The notes under the pieces were generated by a model, which made no database searches, had not been told where the DNA came from, and was given only the letters and a program-made list of their open reading frames with translations. From Escherichia coli (lineage in GTDB: Bacteria; Pseudomonadota; Gammaproteobacteria; Enterobacterales; Enterobacteriaceae), in NCBI RefSeq assembly GCF_041248615.1, contig NZ_CP158426.1: DNA of 64,000 nucleotides, one strand, 5' to 3'. Both the position numbers and the translations under genes were made by a program. Of the stretch, positions 59,432-64,000 are shown in pieces (the stretch's first letter is position 1; each line of letters begins with the position of its first letter).

Positions 59432-60040
59432 ATGAAACTCGTCGGTAGCTACACCAGCCCGTTTGTACGCAAACTTTCTATTCTGTTGTTAGAAAAGGGC
59501 ATAACTTTCGAATTTATTAATGAACTGCCCTATAACGCGGACAACGGCGTGGCGCAATTTAACCCGTTAGGAAAAGTGCCGGTGCTGGTGACCGAAGAGG
59601 GCGAATGCTGGTTTGATTCGCCGATCATCGCTGAATATATTGAATTAATGAATGTCGCTCCGGCGATGTTGCCGGGCGATCCGCTGGAGTCGTTGCGGGT
59701 GCGCAAAATTGAGGCACTGGCGGATGGCATTATGGATGCCGGGCTGGTATCGGTGCGTGAACAGGCGCGTCCAGCGGCGCAGCAGTCTGAAGATGAATTG
59801 TTACGCCAGCGGGAGAAAATCAACCGCAGTCTGGATGTGCTGGAAGGATATCTGGTCGATGGCACACTCAAAACCGATACGGTCAATCTGGCGACTATCG
59901 CTATTGCCTGTGCCGTCGGATATCTCAATTTCCGCCGCGTTGCGCCAGGTTGGTGTGTCGACCGCCCACACTTAGTCAAACTGGTCGAAAACCTGTTTAG
60001 CCGCGAAAGTTTTGCTCGCACCGAACCGCCAAAGGCTTGA
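59432..60040 (+). CDS. yibF: Glutathione S-transferase-like protein YibF
   Basis: 202-aa protein [28 protein letters not shown]. Confidence 0.9.
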   Translation: MKLVGSYTSPFVRKLSILLLEKGITFEFINELPYNADNGVAQFNPLGKVPVLVTEEGECWFDSPIIAEYIELMNVAPAMLPGDPLESLRVRKIEALADGIMDAGLVSVREQARPAAQQSEDELLRQREKINRSLDVLEGYLVDGTLKTDTVNLATIAIACAVGYLNFRRVAPGWCVDRPHLVKLVENLFSRESFARTEPPKA

Positions 60041-60137
60041 TGCGCGATATGTCCTCCTGACCCATCTCACGTTACAATCCGTGGTTATGTTAAACGCCCT
60101 TCTCCGTGTGAGAGGGCCTTGATCAGCCAGGTTTCCT

Positions 60138-61529
60138 ATGACAACCGAAACGCGTTCCCTCTATAGTCAACTTCCGGCTATTGATCGCTTATTGCGCGAT
60201 AGCTCCTTCCTTTCTTTGCGTGATACTTATGGTCACACCCGCGTGGTGGAATTGTTGCGTCAGATGCTCGACGAAGCGCGAGAAGTGATTCGTGATAGCC
60301 AGACGCTGCCCGCATGGTGTGAAAACTGGGCGCAAGAAGTCGATGCCCGACTGACGAAGGAGGCGCAGAGCGCGCTGCGTCCGGTGATCAACCTGACGGG
60401 AACCGTGCTGCATACCAATCTTGGGCGAGCTTTACAGGCAGAAGCCGCAGTGGAAGCCGTTGCGCAGGCTATGCGTTCGCCAGTGACCCTCGAGTACGAT
60501 CTGGACGACGCCGGACGCGGACATCGCGATCGTGCGCTGGCGCAGTTGCTGTGCCGTATTACGGGGGCGGAAGATGCCTGTATCGTTAATAACAATGCGG
60601 CGGCAGTGTTATTGATGTTGGCGGCCACTGCTAGCGGGAAAGAGGTGGTGGTATCTCGCGGCGAACTGGTGGAGATTGGCGGCGCGTTTCGTATTCCTGA
60701 TGTCATGCGTCAGGCAGGCTGCACCCTACACGAAGTGGGGACCACCAACCGCACGCACGCTAATGATTATCGCCAGGCGGTGAATGAAAATACCGCGCTG
60801 TTGATGAAAGTACATACCAGTAACTACAGCATTCAGGGATTCACCAAAGCGATAGATGAAGCGGAACTGGTGGCGCTCGGCAAAGAGCTGGATGTCCCCG
60901 TAGTGACTGATTTAGGCAGTGGTTCGCTGGTCGATCTTAGCCAGTTCGGTTTGCCGAAAGAGCCAATGCCGCAGGAGTTGATTGCGGCGGGTGTCAGTCT
61001 GGTGAGCTTCTCCGGCGACAAGTTGTTAGGCGGGCCGCAGGCAGGAATTATTGTTGGTAAAAAAGAGATGATCGCCCGCCTGCAAAGCCACCCGCTGAAG
61101 CGTGCATTACGCGCGGATAAAATGACCCTCGCGGCGCTGGAAGCCACGTTGCGTCTTTATTTACACCCTGAAGCTCTGAGTGAAAAATTACCGACCCTGC
61201 GCCTGCTTACCCGCAGCGCAGAGGTCATTCAAATCCAGGCACAACGTTTACAGGCTCCCCTTGCCGCACATTACGGCGCGGAGTTTGCGGTACAGGTTAT
61301 GCCATGTCTTTCGCAGATTGGCAGTGGTTCGCTGCCGGTTGATCGCCTGCCGAGCGCGGCATTAACGTTTACACCCCATGATGGACGCGGTAGCCACCTT
61401 GAGTCATTAGCCGCCCGCTGGCGTGAATTGCCAGTGCCGGTGATTGGTCGTATTTATGACGGACGATTGTGGCTGGATTTACGCTGCCTTGAAGATGAGC
61501 AACGGTTTTTGGAGATGTTGTTGAAATGA
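60138..61529 (+). CDS. selA: L-seryl-tRNA(Sec) selenium transferase
   Basis: 463-aa protein. Confidence 0.95.
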   Translation: MTTETRSLYSQLPAIDRLLRDSSFLSLRDTYGHTRVVELLRQMLDEAREVIRDSQTLPAWCENWAQEVDARLTKEAQSALRPVINLTGTVLHTNLGRALQAEAAVEAVAQAMRSPVTLEYDLDDAGRGHRDRALAQLLCRITGAEDACIVNNNAAAVLLMLAATASGKEVVVSRGELVEIGGAFRIPDVMRQAGCTLHEVGTTNRTHANDYRQAVNENTALLMKVHTSNYSIQGFTKAIDEAELVALGKELDVPVVTDLGSGSLVDLSQFGLPKEPMPQELIAAGVSLVSFSGDKLLGGPQAGIIVGKKEMIARLQSHPLKRALRADKMTLAALEATLRLYLHPEALSEKLPTLRLLTRSAEVIQIQAQRLQAPLAAHYGAEFAVQVMPCLSQIGSGSLPVDRLPSAALTFTPHDGRGSHLESLAARWRELPVPVIGRIYDGRLWLDLRCLEDEQRFLEMLLK

Positions 61530-63370
61530 TTATTGCGACTGCCGGACACGTTGACCACGGCAAAACAACCTTATTGCAGGCGATTACTGGCGTAAATGCC
61601 GATCGTCTGCCGGAAGAAAAAAAGCGCGGCATGACTATCGATCTCGGTTATGCCTACTGGCCGCAGCCGGATGGCCGCGTGCCTGGTTTTATCGACGTAC
61701 CCGGTCATGAAAAGTTTCTTTCCAACATGCTGGCTGGCGTTGGTGGTATCGATCACGCGCTGTTGGTGGTGGCGTGCGATGACGGCGTGATGGCACAGAC
61801 CCGTGAGCATCTGGCGATTTTGCAGCTGACCGGTAACCCGATGCTGACAGTGGCGCTGACCAAAGCCGATCGCGTGGACGAAGCGCGTGTTAATGAGGTT
61901 GAACGCCAGGTAAAGGAGGTGCTGCGGGAATACGGTTTTGCTGAGGCAAAACTGTTTATCACCGCAGCAACCGAAGGTCGGGGAATTGATGCCCTGCGCG
62001 AGCATCTGCTTCAGTTACCAGAACGCGAACACGCCAGCCAACATAGTTTCCGCCTCGCGATCGACCGTGCATTTACCGTAAAAGGTGCCGGGCTGGTCGT
62101 CACCGGTACGGCGTTAAGCGGGGAAGTGAAGGTAGGCGATTCACTCTGGCTGACTGGTGTAAATAAACCGATGCGCGTGCGTGCGCTGCATGCACAAAAC
62201 CAGCCAACAGAAACCGCCCATGCCGGGCAGCGTATCGCGCTTAACATCGCGGGTGATGCGGAAAAAGAGCAGATTAACCGTGGCGACTGGCTGCTTGCCG
62301 ATGTGCCGCCAGAGCCGTTCACGCGGGTGATTGTCGAGCTTCAAACCCATACGCCGCTGACCCAGTGGCAGCCGCTGCATATTCACCACGCCGCCAGCCA
62401 CGTTACGGGACGCGTTTCGCTGCTGGAAGATAGCCTTGCCGAGCTGGTGTTCGACACGCCGCTGTGGCTGGCGGATAACGATCGCTTAGTGTTGCGCGAT
62501 ATCTCGGCCCGCAACACGCTGGCGGGGGCGCGTGTGGTAATGCTTAACCCGCCGCGTCGCGGTAAGCGTAAGCCGGAATATCTGCAATGGCTGGCGTCTC
62601 TTGCACGAGCGCAGAGCGATGCCGATGCGTTATCTGTTCATCTGGAACGCGGCGCGGTTAACCTTGCCGATTTCGCCTGGGCACGGCAGCTCAACGGCGA
62701 AGGGATGCGCGAACTATTGCAACAGCCTGGCTATATTCAGGCTGGTTATAGCTTGTTGAATGCGCCGGTTGCCGCCCGCTGGCAGCGGAAAATTCTCGAC
62801 ACATTAGCGACTTATCATGAGCAACATCGCGATGAACCTGGTCCTGGGCGCGAACGTCTGCGACGTATGGCGTTGCCAATGGAAGATGAAGCGCTGGTAC
62901 TGTTGCTGATTGAAAAGATGCGCGAAAGCGGCGACATCCTCAGTCATCACGGCTGGCTGCATCTGCCGGATCACAAAGCAGGCTTCAGCGAAGAGCAGCA
63001 GGCCATCTGGCAAAAAGCAGAGCCGCTGTTTGGTGACGAACCGTGGTGGGTGCGAGACCTGGCAAAAGAGACGGGAACCGACGAGCAGGCAATGCGTCTG
63101 ACGCTACGTCAGGCGGCGCAGCAGGGGATAATTACCGCGATCGTTAAAGATCGTTATTACCGTAACGATCGGATTGTCGAGTTTGCCAATATGATCCGCG
63201 ATCTCGATCAGGAATGTGGTTCAACCTGCGCGGCGGATTTCCGCGATCGCTTAGGCGTAGGCCGAAAACTGGCAATTCAAATTCTGGAATATTTTGACCG
63301 CATTGGTTTTACGCGTCGTCGGGGAAATGATCATTTACTGCGCGACGCATTATTATTTCCGGAAAAATAA
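61526..63370 (+). CDS. selB: Selenocysteine-specific elongation factor
   Basis: 614 aa; GTPase motifs [11 protein letters not shown] and [12 protein letters not shown] overlap with selA. Confidence 0.95.
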   Translation: MIIATAGHVDHGKTTLLQAITGVNADRLPEEKKRGMTIDLGYAYWPQPDGRVPGFIDVPGHEKFLSNMLAGVGGIDHALLVVACDDGVMAQTREHLAILQLTGNPMLTVALTKADRVDEARVNEVERQVKEVLREYGFAEAKLFITAATEGRGIDALREHLLQLPEREHASQHSFRLAIDRAFTVKGAGLVVTGTALSGEVKVGDSLWLTGVNKPMRVRALHAQNQPTETAHAGQRIALNIAGDAEKEQINRGDWLLADVPPEPFTRVIVELQTHTPLTQWQPLHIHHAASHVTGRVSLLEDSLAELVFDTPLWLADNDRLVLRDISARNTLAGARVVMLNPPRRGKRKPEYLQWLASLARAQSDADALSVHLERGAVNLADFAWARQLNGEGMRELLQQPGYIQAGYSLLNAPVAARWQRKILDTLATYHEQHRDEPGPGRERLRRMALPMEDEALVLLLIEKMRESGDILSHHGWLHLPDHKAGFSEEQQAIWQKAEPLFGDEPWWVRDLAKETGTDEQAMRLTLRQAAQQGIITAIVKDRYYRNDRIVEFANMIRDLDQECGSTCAADFRDRLGVGRKLAIQILEYFDRIGFTRRRGNDHLLRDALLFPEK

Positions 63371-63431
63371 GGAAATGATTAATTCATAATAAATATGAAT
63401 TAATACAAAATTTCTTATTAATGTTAAGAAG

Positions 63432-63464
63432 GCACGTTATTTGATGAATGTAACGTGCTTTTTA
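63432..63464 (+). terminator. Rho-independent terminator of selAB
   Basis: gcacgttatttgatgaatgtaacgtgc hairpin followed by tttttatt. Confidence 0.75.
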
Positions 63465-63560
63465 TTAAAAATATTTTAATAAACGGTAATGTTGATCATA
63501 TTTTCAAATGAAAATCCTCAGTAAGCTGCCCGCCCTTTTTTACACTTTCAGGAGTGTGTT

Positions 63561-64000
63561 ATGGCAGCTTCAACCTTTTTTATTCCTTCCGTGAATGTTA
63601 TTGGTGCTGATTCATTGAATGATGCAATGAATATGATGGCAGATTATGGATTTACCCGTACCTTAATTGTCACTGACAATATGTTAACGAAATTAGGTAT
63701 GGCGGGTGATGTGCAAAAAGCACTGGAAGAACGCAATATTTTTAGCGTTATTTATGATGGCACCCAACCTAACCCCACCACGGAAAACGTCGCTGCAGGT
63801 TTGAAATTACTTAAAGAAAATAATTGCGATAGCGTGATTTCCTTAGGCGGTGGTTCTCCACACGACTGCGCAAAAGGTATTGCGCTGGTGGCAGCCAATG
63901 GTGGCGATATTCGCGATTACGAAGGCGTTGACCGCTCTGCAAAACCGCAGCTGCCGATGATCGCCATCAATACCACGGCGGGTACGGCCTCTGAAATGAC
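63561..64000 (+). CDS. yiaY: Fe-containing alcohol dehydrogenase YiaY, N-terminal part (truncated by window end)
   Basis: ATG at 63561 with ggag [28 protein letters not shown]...[14 protein letters not shown]; not in ORF track because no stop in window. Confidence 0.85.
   Translation, partial: MAASTFFIPSVNVIGADSLNDAMNMMADYGFTRTLIVTDNMLTKLGMAGDVQKALEERNIFSVIYDGTQPNPTTENVAAGLKLLKENNCDSVISLGGGSPHDCAKGIALVAANGGDIRDYEGVDRSAKPQLPMIAINTTAGTASEM

Overview
This window reads as an Escherichia coli-type chromosomal segment, reversed relative to K-12 map order, running from yicC through rph-pyrE, slmA-dut-coaBC, radC, rpmBG, mutM, coaD, waaA, the complete waa LPS-core cluster, hldD-waaFC, kbl-tdh, waaH, yibQ-envC-gpmM, yibN-grxC-secB-gpsA-cysE-trmL, lldPRD, yibL/yibT, mtlADR, yibIH, an rhs element, yibF, selAB and the start of yiaY. 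All gene identities are from reading the translated ORFs against remembered protein families and gene order; no database search was run. Four regions differ from the K-12 backbone as I recall it: (1) the central waa operon has the R1/R4-type gene order (three GT8 transferases, WaaY, a GT25 transferase, and waaL at the end of the waaQ operon) and is visibly AT-rich; (2) a sadB-like lipoprotein gene plus a 1439-aa trimeric autotransporter adhesin with ~300-bp tandem repeats sits between lldP and yibL; (3) the rhsA-like gene is split into three pieces by an intact IS21-family and an intact IS3-family element, each with target-site duplications; (4) the rhs C-terminal tip carries an HExxHxxGxxD zinc-peptidase-like motif followed by an AT-rich candidate immunity gene, and further downstream a vestigial rhs start precedes a tightly coupled pair (small cytoplasmic protein plus Cys-rich secreted protein). 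The Rhs tip/immunity pair and the downstream orphan pair are the best candidates for an uncharacterised toxin/immunity system. rph is full length (238 codons) with the pyrE attenuator intact, and htrL appears absent between hldD and kbl. No tRNA, rRNA or CRISPR array was seen.
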